Source: Chrysemys picta bellii (Eukaryota). Taken from it: a stretch of 64,000 nucleotides of DNA. The stretch spans positions 930,001 through 994,000 of the forward strand of contig NC_088814.1 in the NCBI RefSeq assembly GCF_011386835.1, in the 5' to 3' direction. Position 1 is the first letter of the stretch. Every line of letters starts with the position of its first letter. Positions 1 to 11,235 of this stretch are shown here, piece by piece. The notes under the pieces were generated by a model. The model did no database searches. It was not told the DNA's origin and saw only the letters and a list, made by a program, of their open reading frames with translations. Made by a program: the position numbers and the translations under genes.

Positions 1-47
1 CGCAAGTTCAAGCCAGATGCAGCGGAGCCGCCTTTGTTATTCAGGGA

Positions 48-303
48 CAGGGCCGGCTCCAGGTACCAGCAAAGGAAGCAGGTGCTTGGGGCGGCCAATG
101 GAAAGGGGCGGAACGTCCGGGTCTTCGGCAGCGGGTCCCTCGGTCCCTCTCAGAGCGAAGGATTCGCTGCCGAATTGCCGCTAAAGAATGAAGCAGGGCG
201 GTAGAGCTGCCGCCGAAGTGCCGCCAACCACGGCATTATATTTTCTTTTTTTTTTTTTCCCGCTTCGCTGCTTGGGGCGGCAAAAAAGCTGGAGCCGGCC
301 CTG
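48..303. mobile_element. Non-autonomous hAT-type MITE (family A, copy 1)
   Basis: Terminal inverted repeats CAGGGCCGGCTCC (48-60) and GGAGCCGGCCCTG (291-303); perfect 8-bp target-site duplication TTCAGGGA at 40-47 and 304-311. Confidence 0.9.
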
Positions 304-730
304 TTCAGGGATCACAGCTGTCAGCTGGCCCTGAGAGACGGAATCCAAAGCTCGGGGTCAGAGGATGAGAGGAGGCAGAGATGCATGCTCGCAATACTGT
401 GTGTCACAGGGATGGGGCAAAACACAGCCCTTGCCTTAACGTTGCTGCCAGAACACTGGCTGTGGTCAGTTGGACACAGAGAAGGCCTGGTACTGCAGAA
501 CATTCCCAGGTGATTGAGTTGCTGGACTGATTGCGGGAGGCCTGGTGGGTCACCACCTTAGACCTGACCAAAGCTCCTGGCAAATTTCCACTCCTTTTGG
601 CATCTTGGGAAGAAATGGCTCTTCACCCATAGGGCTCATCCTGTTTCTGAATCCTGCTCCTTGGATTACACAGTGCTGCCTGCAAGCCTGGACCTGGATC
701 CTTCAGCATTGTGGCCAGCACGCTTACACG

Positions 731-1845
731 TGCCAGCAAGTTAAAGAAGTATGGGCTGGATGAATGGACTGTAAGGTGGATAGAAAGCTGGCTAGATCGT
801 CGGGCTCAATGGGTAGTGATCAACGGCTCCATGTCTAGTTGGCAGTCAGTATCAAGCGGAGTGTCCCAAGGGTCGGTCCTGGGGGCGGTTTTGTTCAATA
901 TCTTCATTAATGATCTGGAGGATGGTATGCACTGCACTCTCAGCAAGTTTGCAGATGACACTAAACTGGGAGGAGTGGTAGATATGTTGGAGGGTAGGGA
1001 TAGGACACAGAGGGACCTAGACAAATTAGAAGATTGGGCCAAAAGAAATCTGATGAGGTTCAACAAGGACAAGTGCAGAGTCCTGCACTTAGGACGGAAG
1101 AATCCCATGCACTGCTACAGACTATAGACCGAGTGGCTAGGCAGCAGTTCTGCAGAAGAGGACCTAGGGGTTACAGTGAATGAGAAGCTGGATATGCGTC
1201 AACAGTGTGCCCTTGTTGCCAAGAAGGCTAATGGCATTTTGGGCTGTATAAGTAGGAGCATTGCCAGCAGATCGAGGGATGTGATCATTCCCCTCTATTC
1301 GGAATTGGTGAGACCTCATCTGGAGTACTGTGTCCAGTTTTGGGCCCCACACTACAAGAAGGATGTGGAAAAATTGGAAAGAGTCCAGCGGAGGGGAACA
1401 AAAACGATTAGGGGTCTGGAGCACATGACTTACGAGGAGAGGCTGAGGGAACTGGGATTGTTTAGTCTGCAGAAGAGAAGAGAAGAGAAGAGTGAGGGGG
1501 AATTTGATAGCTGCTTTCAACTACCTGAAGGGGGGTTCCAAAGAGAATGGATCTAGACTGTTCTCAGTGGTAGCAGATGACAGAACAAGGAGTAATGGTC
1601 TCAAGTTGCAGTGGGGGAGGTCTAGGTTGGATATTAGGAAACACTATTTCACTAGGAGGGTGGTGAAGCACTGGAATGGGTTACCGAGGGAGGTGGTGGA
1701 ATCTCCTTCCTTAGAGGTTTTTAAGGTCAGGCTTGACAAAGCCCTGGCTGGGATGATTTAGTTGGGGATTGGTCCTGCTTTGAGCAGAGGGTTGGACTAG
1801 ATACCTCCTGAGATCCCTTCCAACCCTGATAGTCTATGATTCTAA
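731..1845 (+). mobile_element. 5'-truncated CR1 LINE (ORF2 reverse transcriptase fragment plus 3' UTR)
   Basis: Translates to CR1 RT motifs ([48 protein letters not shown]) broken by a stop near 1125 and an (AGAAG)n expansion near 1471-1490; ends in a TCTATGATTCTA tail. Confidence 0.95.
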
Positions 1846-2246
1846 CTACTGCTCCAGGGATTTATCCCAGCTCCTGAAACCAGCCACCCCTAATGCCAGC
1901 CACCCCTCTGCATTGGCTGTTTTTTTTCTAGCTAGAGAAGATAAAGCCAGTGAAGAGCATTATTTACTTCCATCCTGAGGCTCTTCCCTTGCTTACCCAC
2001 ACCTGCTTGGCCAGGCACCTGCTGAGTGACATTTGTTTGCACGAATCTTTCCTTATTAGGGACAGCAACGCACTGGCTCACGTGGCTATTGCCCCTGGAG
2101 AAAGCCAACGGACCAAAACCCCACTAGGCAAGCAGCAGAGACGGCGTCTCACCAGGAGGGCACCAATCTTCAAAAGGTGACGTTTGGCCTGAGGTAACAG
2201 ACACTGGGATGTGGATGAGCCTGGGCTGAGAAATGCAACAGAAGTT

Positions 2247-2415
2247 ATAATAATATGGAGATATCCTATCTCCTAGAACTGGAAGGGTCATTGAGTCCAG
2301 CCCCCTGCCTTCACTAGCAGGACCAAGGACTGATTTTGCCCCAGATCCCTCTCAAGGGCTGAACTCACAACCCTGGGTTTAGCAGGCCAATGCTCAAACC
2401 ACTGAGCTATCCCTC
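2247..2415 (-). mobile_element. tRNA-derived SINE with CR1-like 3' tail (tortoise Pol III / Cry-type SINE)
   Basis: Reverse complement starts GAGGGATAGCTCAGTGGTTTGAGCATTGGCCTGCTAAACCCAGGGTTGTGAGTTCAG (tRNA A/B-box-like head), followed by a CR1-like tail and an (ATT)n end. Family name is from recall. Confidence 0.85.
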
Positions 2416-2852
2416 AAGACAGACTCCTAATGGAGAACCTCCCTCTCCCTGTTTCCCACCAGAAATCTTATCATGCCATGTTGGACAAGGGCCATTTCTT
2501 TGTGAAAGGACAGTTGGCTCCCACTTCCAATAGTATTTTAATTTGTCCAGTGGAATTTCCAGCTGGAGGGTTAGTGGTCCCCTGTTGACCCAACAGCGAC
2601 CAATGGAAGGACCTTGATGGAGTCTAGTGCAAGTCAGCATGGGTCAGCACCCTGGGCACTGCGGCAGGAAGCAGCAGACTTGGATTCTGTCTTACTTCGG
2701 TTACTCTCTGAGCTTGGTATTCTTGTCCCCTCAGTTTCCCCATTTAAGTGAGAACAATACGGTTGACCCAGCTCTGCGAAGCAATTCAAGAGCTAGGACT
2801 GAAGGTCTGATGTACGTGCAATGCATGCTCACTACAGCAGTTTGCACTAGAG

Positions 2853-3208
2853 CAGTGGTTCCCACACTGGGGTTTGCCAGAAAAATGTCACTAATGGCGG
2901 ACAGAGGACCCCGGGCATTGGAGACAGCAGGTGGGAGCCGGTTGCAGGGCAGACAGCCCGAGCCCCAGGGAGAGCGGGGCCGGGCAGTTGGGGCTGGCAG
3001 CCCGAGTCCCGGCGGTCAGCGGGGGAGCCGGCTGCCCGAACCCCAGTCCGAGCCCCAGGAAGAGCAGGGGCCGGGTAGCTGGGGCATCCCTCACACTGAG
3101 GAAATTTAAACTTAAATCCCTGAAAATACTCATTTTTAGGAGGGGGTTCGCGAGATTTCACCATTTAGCGAAAGGGGTTCGCGGGCTGTTAAAATTTGGG
3201 AACCACTG
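2853..3208. mobile_element. Non-autonomous hAT (Charlie-like) MITE
   Basis: TIRs CAGTGGTTCCC / GGGAACCACTG; 8-bp TSD CACTAGAG vs CCCTAGAG (7/8). Confidence 0.8.
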
Positions 3209-3889
3209 CCCTAGAGTATTTCCCATCTGCCGCTTCTTGTCAATCACTCTCCTCATCTCCCCACCGCCAGGAGCTCTCTGCCTTTCTGTCCCTGGCGAGT
3301 GGCTGGGATTCAGCAGGGTGGCTTTTCCCTGCAGAACCCCCAAACTCCAGTTCGTTTGGCGCTGGGAAGGGGGCAGGGGCTGCTGGTACCAGAATTCAGG
3401 CCAGAGCCTATTGCCGAACGCAGCTGGTAGGGCAGACTTCTCACCTATTCATCTGATGGACAGTTGCAAGTCACAGTTGCAGAGCATAGACAGACAAGGG
3501 TGGATGATGCAGGCCTCTTAAACCACCCGCCCCAGACCCACCACGCCTGAGCTTGCTACGGCTGCTTCAACCCTCGGCAAAATCCCAGAGGGCTTGGGAG
3601 ACATGGGTGAAACGTAAGAGGTTATGTAAAATGGGTTTGTGCATGTCCTGTGCCTCTCCCCGAGCCTGGGAGCTGCACACAGCAGTCTCAGCGCTAGAAG
3701 GTGAGCGCCAATGTCCCAGCCCGGGGAGTCGGGGGTGAGGTTCCTGTGACTGCTAGAAACGGATCTGCCAGCATCTCGTCTCCTGTAGGATTCACATTGG
3801 TTGGGTGCTCTAATGCTGCTCTCTGCTGGCCGAGCGTTGTGCTGCCGGGCTGAACCAGACAGTCGGCCAGTTACACTCATGCCACTGCC

Positions 3890-3950
3890 AAAGCTTATGC
3901 TCACATAAATTTGTTAGTCTCTAAGGTGCCACAAGTAATTCCTGTTCTTC
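3890..3950 (+). mobile_element. Short fragment of a turtle interspersed repeat, probably a Penelope-like element end
   Basis: AAAGCTTATGCTCACATAAATTTGTTAGTCTCTAAGGTGCCACAAG is shared with the minus-strand copy near 41118-41176; family assignment is from recall only. Confidence 0.5.
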
Positions 3951-4680
3951 GTGCCACTGCCCTGACTTCAGCGAGTCAGCCACAGGTACCCGAGAGCAGA
4001 ACGCAGGCTGCTGTAGCCGAGGTGGCCGCATCCCTCTCCCAGCGTTCGGGGATGGTGGGTATTAGAGTGCAGGTGTCTGGGGGAGGGAGCTGCACAGCCT
4101 GGTAACATGGGCGAGGGGTCTTGGAGCAGCACACAAAGATCTGAGCACCGTCTTTCAGCACTCCCGGGGGGAGGGGAGGAATGGCCTGAGCTACTGCGGG
4201 CAGCCCCTGGGCAAGAGGAGGTGACCCAGTAGCTGTTGGGCTCTGTACCCCCTAAGGCTCTGGGACTAGCTTGCACCTGCCGTTAAGATTCTTCACATAA
4301 AAGCCTCTTGGGTTCCCATGCACGCTCCCGGCTGGAACATACAGTGGACGAGGGTCCAGGAACGTGACCTCCCATTTCATCCAGAAAGGGAGGGGTTGTT
4401 GCCTTTATACCTGCGTCCACCCACCCCACGTTCAGTCTCGGGCTGTGCAACTTTTCCAGCCCACGGGACTGACCTCGCTTGCTGGCAGCCCACGGTGTCG
4501 ATCCACACCCTACGGCGTCTTTCAGGGGGGGCGTTGGCACTTTGGGCAGATATGTTCAAAAGGCCCTGTGGAGACTAGAGCTAAAGAGGAGATCAGAGCG
4601 AGAGATTTTACTCTGGAGAAAGGAGGAGGGTAGATGAGACACCTCCGCTACAAACATATATATAAACTTCATATATAAAC

Positions 4681-4682
<2 letters not shown>

Positions 4683-4736
<54 letters not shown>
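4683..4736. repeat. (CA)27 microsatellite
   Basis: Uninterrupted CA dinucleotide run, directly preceded by a doubled CATATATAAACTT motif. Confidence 0.98.
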
Positions 4737-4739
<3 letters not shown>

Positions 4740-5605
4740 CTAACACTACTCTTGGGATAGCCTAGGATTGGAACGTGGGCCTGGGCACTGTGTGTCAAAC
4801 ACAACACAAAGAGGGAAAACAGAGGGATGATTAGAAACAGAGAGTTCTGCAGTACCAGCCCTAAGACCGAAAGGAAACGAAAGACCCGCAGCTGGGAGAT
4901 AAAGACACCTGGGTCTTATCTAAATGAGTCCCAAGCAGGTGATGTTGGTTACCTACATCTTAGGGGATAAACAGCCTTTCCCTGTAACCCTTCAGCCTAC
5001 GTGGCCAATTCCCCCAAGCAGAAGGAGTGACAGAGAGTGGAGAGCAGACATATCCATCGAGGAAGCTAATACACAAACAGCAGTAATGAGACCAGGGCAA
5101 TTCTGGGATGTCCCTTATTGATTTACAACTGAAACATGCTCAGTGGTTGTCTTGAGAACTCTTCACTGTTTATCAGGTTTCAGATTTTGACGAATAGAGA
5201 TTCCTTAACTTCATTTCCTTCAACCGTGGAAATCGGTAAAATGACCAGTATTCCCCAGCCTTGCCTTTGCTTTTCATGGCAGCTCAGGGCTCCGTTCTCT
5301 CACTTTGCTATGAATCAGAGAGGTTACCCAGCAGCCTCCCAGCTATTAAGGAGTCCGATCAGCAGCAAAGCAAGTTAACACTTGCTCGCCATAACCAGAG
5401 TGAGGACACAAAAGGGGGCAGAGATAGAGAAACACTATTGATGGGCACACGCCAGGCAGGTCCCTCTCATACCAGAGAGAGGAGAAAAGCAGCACTCCCA
5501 AGTCCAAGAGAAACCTTATTTTGCAAATCTAAATGTACCTGGGAGGTCCTGAGACACTAAAAGGATGGGCACAAAATTAGAAAGAAAAGTTACACAGAAA
5601 CCTAC

Positions 5606-7175
5606 CTCCAACGTCCAAGTCCACTTTATAATTGATGGAATGGGTGTGTACCGTCCCCAGGGTGTGATCCCCAACCCTATTGCCATAGTCCAGACCGTCA
5701 CCATACAGAAAGGATGAAGTCATGTAGCCTGTGGCTTGGACTTTGGCCTCGATCGCGCCGTTCTGGTAGAAGATGAAGTCCCAGATGTAGTCATAGTTGC
5801 CCAGAGTGGCAATTGACCGAAGGACCAGAGCAGAGTTGGTCAGACCCCCGTAGTACAGGGACTGCAAGTTGGAGTAATGACGCCTCAGAGGAGACCCAGT
5901 GTTCTGCTCAAAAATGCAGATGGAGTTCTTATGCTTTTCAGGTGTGTCTGTTTCAACTAAGTAGTGTGTGTCTACGTAGGTGGCTGAATAGGGGCAATCA
6001 ACCCCCTGGACTAACGAGTACGTCAATCTCCCGATGCCAAAGCTCCCATCCATGTACCTGGTTGACATCCCTCCAGGACAGTTGGACCCATAGACAGATG
6101 TAGCATCCTGGACACTGATTTCATAGACAATCCTCTCCCCCTTAAATCTGATGTCAAAGAGACGCATCCCCGTGTTCACGTTCACCCCAAAGGCAAAGCT
6201 CCAGGCCTGCGAGACGACTTGGTTGTTTCGGACACTGTAGCGGGGCCCGTGCGGCTCGTACTGCAGAGGGAACGGAGCCCTGGGGGCTGCTCGGGGCTGC
6301 ATGGAAGAGAATCCCCCGTCGGGTGGGGCTCTCGTAACTGGGGCCACTTTGACACGGCCCTGCTTGAACTCGCTCTCCAGCTGCACCAAGTCCCCGTAGT
6401 ACTGGCCGTTATAGAACACTTTTCTCACCCGCCAGTGGGAGACGTCCAGGCTGCTGTGATCAACCAGCACCTCCAGCCCCACCGGGTGCAGGAAGTAGCC
6501 GCTCACGTTGTGGAACAGAGCAAACCAGGTGCTGCGGTCTCCGGACTGGAACCCCCGGGGGGCTGAGGTTAGTGATACAAAACTGGTCCCATCATAATTA
6601 AATACCTGATGCAGGAAGGTAGGGGCTGTTGAGAGCGCCTTCTTCCGTAAGAAGGTTTCAATCTGCTCATACTCCTTACCCAGCACCGGTCTGCGGTGAT
6701 ACGGCAGCTTCCCTCCGTACTTCTGCACCGTGATGTCCTGGTGAGTCGTCGGCTTGGGCAGGGGACCCACCACGTACTCCGTGACATTCGGATCTGGTTG
6801 GTTTCCAAAATACACCACAGCCAGCGCCTGCCGCGGGGGTCGCCTGCCCCCACGATCCAAGAACCCCAGCACCTCTGCCTTGGTGGGGATCTGCACATCG
6901 ATGTAGTAAATGCAGTTATCGGAGGGGTTTGCATTATAGGCGTCTACCAATGGCACCCCAAGGCTGCGCTGCAGGTACCTCACCACTTGCCCCATTTCTT
7001 CCGGCGTCAGATCAGCGAAGACCAGGCTCTGATCACTGTGCTTTCCCCCCTGGCTGCTCAGGGGCTGCGGCTCACAGCTGGCTGGTTTCACTCCTCTCGT
7101 CAGCAACACACAAACCAAAGCGAAGATCGTGGCTAGTGCCAAGACTAGGAGGATGAGGACAGTTTTCAGGTTCAT
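5606..7175 (-). CDS. AOC3: Copper amine oxidase (AOC3/VAP-1-like) giant coding exon 1, proximal copy; exons 2-4 not found in window
   Basis: 523 open codons + 1 nt from ATG: N-terminal hydrophobic anchor, catalytic Asp (YMDGSF), TPQ motif TLGNYDY, Cu ligands HTH, ending KVDLDVG G|GTAGG at the conserved phase-1 donor. Whether it is AOC3 or another AOC paralog is uncertain. Confidence 0.92.
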
Positions 7176-7853
7176 GTTGCTGCAGCCACGAAGGCAGAGG
7201 AGACTGTGAGGCTTCAGGAGCCACTTCCAGAGTGGTGTTCCCAGCTACAGGCAGCCCGTTTAAGATGCAGCTGAAGGGGTTAAGTACAGGAAACATGAGA
7301 TGTGGAGGCGAGGTGGGAGGAGGAGATATGAAGTTTGTGGGGACCAGAAAGGGCAGGTCTTCACTATCAGCCCGTCCAGCACGCTCTGTTACAGCGTAAC
7401 TGATCTACAGACGACCAGTTACAGAACAGGCGCCATTACTTGTTTGTTCAGACCAACTTCCAGAGGCTGCCTGTAGAAGTTGTGATCTAAACACTCAGCA
7501 TCAGTAGGGGGTGAAACCAAATCTTCAAAAGGCTGGAGATTTTTTGCTATAGTGCAGAATTTCATCCCTTCCCGACTCACTGAACTTGGACTGCTCCTGG
7601 GGTTCCTTCTCATGAACTCTCTCCACGGCGGCTAGGTTCTGGGTCTCAGTCGGATTTGCTCTTGCATTTCCTTGGTAAGCAGGGTGGTTGTATTGTTCTC
7701 TCTGATAAGGGTTTCATCTTGACTGTGGCTCTGGATTAACCAACGCTCGTTTGGGACAAAGACTAGAGCCTAGGGACACAGCAAATGTGGCGGAAGGAGC
7801 GAGGCGCTAGGTGATGATTTGGATGTTAATGCGCACTCAGGCCTTGCCTACAC

Positions 7854-8267
7854 CAGGGCCGGCTCCAGGCACCAGCCCACCAAGCTTGTGCTTGGGGCGG
7901 CACCTGGAGGGAGGCGGCGCGGTGCGGCCCTCCGGCTCCGGACGCTGGGGCCACGGCCAGGCTCGCCGCCCTCCTCCCAGGGCTCCGGCACCTTCCCCCC
8001 AGCCACCGGGGAGAGCGGAGCCCCAACCGGGCACTCCGCCCTCCTCCCAGGGCTCCGGCGCCTTCCCCCCAGCCACCGGGGAGAGCGGAGCCCCAACCGG
8101 GCACTCCGCCCTCCTCCCAGGGCTCCGGCCGTCCTCCCCCCGGCTGCCGGGGAGAGCGGAGCCCCGGCCAGGGCTCACCGCCCTCCCCCCGGGGCTCCAG
8201 CCGCCCTCCCCTCCCCCCGCGCGGGGGGGGGAGGGGGCGGGCGGCAAAAAAGCCAGAGCCGGCCCTG
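7854..8267. mobile_element. Non-autonomous hAT-type MITE (family A, copy 2) carrying an internal 70-bp tandem repeat
   Basis: TIRs CAGGGCCGGCTC / GAGCCGGCCCTG; perfect TSD GCCTACAC (7846-7853, 8268-8275); about three 70-bp units starting at 7971, 8041 and 8111. Confidence 0.9.
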
Positions 8268-9392
8268 GCCTACACAAAGGGAATCGACAGAGGTGCAGTC
8301 CTCTAATGGAGCCATGAAGCACAGCTGACGTCAGGGGCCTCTGATGGGGTTTGCATTGGGGTAACATCTCTAACAGACAAGGCCTCCCTTCCCCCCACCC
8401 ACGCCCCCGCCCCAATTGCAGGAGTCAGCATGTCTGGTTGCTAACATGAAGCAGGTCTTTGTGGGATGGAGGGGAGGCAGGGGACCCAGCTCCTACCGGT
8501 GCCATATCTGGCTGGGGGGGCGGTGCAAAGTGTCTCTTTCTTACGGTTCCCTTTTTGCAGAAGCCGTTTTAATTTAAAGACCCTCTCCCCCCCCAAAGCT
8601 GCTGCTCCCCTGGTGCTTCCCCAGAGCCCCTGCTGAACTGACGCCTTGCTGAGTTGCAGCCCGACAGACAGACCGACCTTCCGACAAGAAAACTGCGACC
8701 TGGTCTCTTAGCCTCATTGAGACGAATGGGGCTACAGTGCATAGACACTTAGACGACACCAATTGTTTCAGCCAGCAGATGGCGCGCGCAGTCGCACCAA
8801 ACCACCCTGGTGTGTAGGACGTTATATAAAACTCTCAAATAACCCCCCAGGGGAACTGCCGCTGGAAAACATGCCTGGCTGTGTCAAAACACGAGGAATT
8901 CAGCAGCCGCAAGGAGGCCAGTTTGGGGTCCGAGTCTTGGGCCCTGAACTACAAACGTTCCCAGAGATCAGTACATGCTTAGCACGGCACAAGCTAATCA
9001 GCTAATCCACAGTCGCTGGTATCCCTGCTTTACACTGGGGAAACTGAGGCACGCTGGGGAACGGTGACAACCCCAAGGTCACCGGGAGAGGCAGTGGTTA
9101 GAACTAGCAAGACCCTGGCTCCCACCCTATGCCTGACAACTGACGGGTGTAAGAAAAATACACACATTTCCAAACTGCTACCTTGCACGGTTTCCCTGGA
9201 GCAGCTGCCACTTGCTGGGATTCGCATGGCTGCTGGGGTTTGTGACGTTCCCTGACTCTTCATTTGAATAAGTCAATAAATAACATGGCAAAGAGCTCTA
9301 AGGGTAAGAAAGTGAGCAAGGATGCTGCTGCTGGCCATCTGCAAGAGTTCTGCATCTTGGGGCAGCCCCCACTCCTGCAGTTGGACAGAATA

Positions 9393-9605
9393 CAGGCAGT
9401 CCTCTACTTTATCACCTTCGACTTACGACGAACGGCACTTACGCCGTTTCTGAATGGACACCCTGATTCGACTTACGACAATTAGTTTCAACTTTAGGAT
9501 GTTCGGTCCCGCAATAGAGTGGATTGCGGTTCCGAGTTAGGACGTTTCGACTTACGACGCAATTTTCAGGAATCAATTTTGTGTCCTAAGTCCGAGGACT
9601 GCCTG
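9393..9605. mobile_element. Tc1/mariner (Tigger-like) MITE
   Basis: TIRs CAGGCAGTCCTC / GAGGACTGCCTG flanked by TA on both sides; internal repeated TTCGACTTACGAC motifs. Confidence 0.85.
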
Positions 9606-9665
9606 TAGCATGTAATAAGTGAGAGGCACAGGAGAGAGAGAAAGAAACATCACCAAGAGACCTAC

Positions 9666-11235
9666 CTCCAATGTCCAAGTCCACTTTATAATTGATGGAA
9701 TGGGTGTGTACCGTCCCCAGGGTGTGATCCCCAACCCTATTGCCATAGTCCAGACCGTCACCATACAGAAAGGACGAACTCATGTAGCCTGTGGTTTGGA
9801 CTTTGGCCTCGATCGCGCCGTTCTGGTAGAAGATGAAGTCCCAGACGTAGTCATAGTTGCCCAGAGTGGCAAGTGACCGAAGGACCAGAGCAGAGTTGGT
9901 CAGACCCCCGTAGTACAGGGACTGCAAGTTGGAGTAATGGCGCCTCAGAGGAGACCCGGTGTTCTGCTCAAAAATGCAGATGGAGTTTTTATTAATTCTA
10001 GGGTTTGGGGATTGAGCTAAGTAGTGTGTGTCTACGTAGGTGGCTGAATAGGGGCAATCAACCCCCCGGACTAACGGGTACGTGAATCTCCCGATGCCAA
10101 AGCTCCCATCCATGTACCTGGTTGACATCCCTCCAGGACAGTTGGACCCATAGACAGATGTAGCATCCTGGACACTGATTTCATAGACAATCCTCTCCCC
10201 CTTAAATCTGATGTCAAAGAGACGCATCCCCGTGTTCACGTTCACCCCAAAGGCAAAGCTCCAGGCCTGGGAGACGACTTGGTTGTTTCGGACACTGTAG
10301 CGGGGCCCATGCGGCTCGTACTGCAGAGGGAACGGAGCCCTGGGGGCTGCTCGGGGCTGCATGGAAGAGAATCCCCCGTCGGGTGGGGCTCTCGTAACTG
10401 GGGCCACTTTGACACGGCCCTGCTTGAACTCGCTCTCCAGCTGCGCCAAGTCCCCGTAGTACTGGCCGTTATAGAACACTTTTCTCACCCGCCAGTGGGA
10501 GACGTCCAGGCTGCTGTGATCAACCAGCACCTCCAGCCCCACTGGGTGCAGGAAGTAGCCGCTCACGTTGTGGAACAGAACAAACCAGGTGCTGCGGTCT
10601 CCGGACTGGAACCCCCGGGGGGCTGTGGTCATAGCTGCTAAATTAGTTCCATCATAATCAAGTACTTGATTCAGGAAGGTTCGAGCTGTGGGAAACGCCG
10701 TCCTCCGTAAATAGCCAGCAATCAGCTTGTACTCAGCATCCAGCACCGGTCTGCGGTGATACGGCAGCTTCCCTCCGTACTTCTGCACCGTGATGTCCTG
10801 GTGAGTCGTCGGCTTGGGCAGGGGACCCACCACGTACTCCGTGACATTCGGATCTGGTTGGTTTCCAAAATACACCACAGCCAGCGCCTGCCGCGGGGGT
10901 CGCCTGCCCCCACGATCCAAGAACCCCAGCACCTCTGCCTTGGTGGGGAGCTGCACATCGATGTAGTAAATGCAGTTATCGGAGGGGTTTGCATTATAGG
11001 CGTCTACCAATGGCACCCCAAGGCTGCGCTGCAGGTACCTCACCACTTGCCCCATTTCTTCCGGCGTCAGATCAGCGAAGACCAGGCTCTGATCACTGTG
11101 CTTTCCCCTCTGGCTGCTCAGGGGCTGCGGCTCACAGCTGGCTGGTTTCGCTCCTCTCGTCAGCAACACACAAACCAAAGCGAAGATCGAGGCTAGCGCC
11201 AAGACTAGGAGGATGAGGACAGTTCTCAGGTTCAT
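9666..11235 (-). CDS. AOC3: Copper amine oxidase (AOC3/VAP-1-like) giant coding exon 1, distal copy; no exons 2-4 found before the next copy
   Basis: Same length (1570 bp) and same phase-1 donor (KVDLDIG G|GTAGG) as the 5606-7175 copy, offset exactly 4060 bp; open frame with Asp, TLGNYDY and HTH intact. Confidence 0.9.

Noticed and set aside
2350-2415. tRNA-like sequence on the minus strand
   Set aside because: It is the head of a SINE: no proper acceptor stem, and it continues into a CR1-like tail.
4280-5450. Possible LTR/ERV-like segment downstream of the proximal AOC exon
   Set aside because: No clear TG...CA ends, TSD, primer-binding site or coding remnant could be identified by eye.
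5577-5605. C-terminal tail RFLCNFSF of the 532-aa ORF (and RSLGDV... of the 549-aa ORF at 9586-9665) as real protein ends
   Set aside because: These are intron read-through beyond the conserved phase-1 donor; such products would lack the third copper ligand.
7419-7613. 64-aa minus-strand ORF between the AOC copies, checked as a possible AOC exon 2-4
   Set aside because: No similarity to amine oxidase motifs in the frames I translated, and no convincing splice sites.
6219-11196. Duplicated plus-strand ORFs (115/120 aa, 146 aa, 75 aa) overlapping both AOC exons
   Set aside because: Antisense shadows of the GC-rich coding exons, repeated only because the exon is duplicated.
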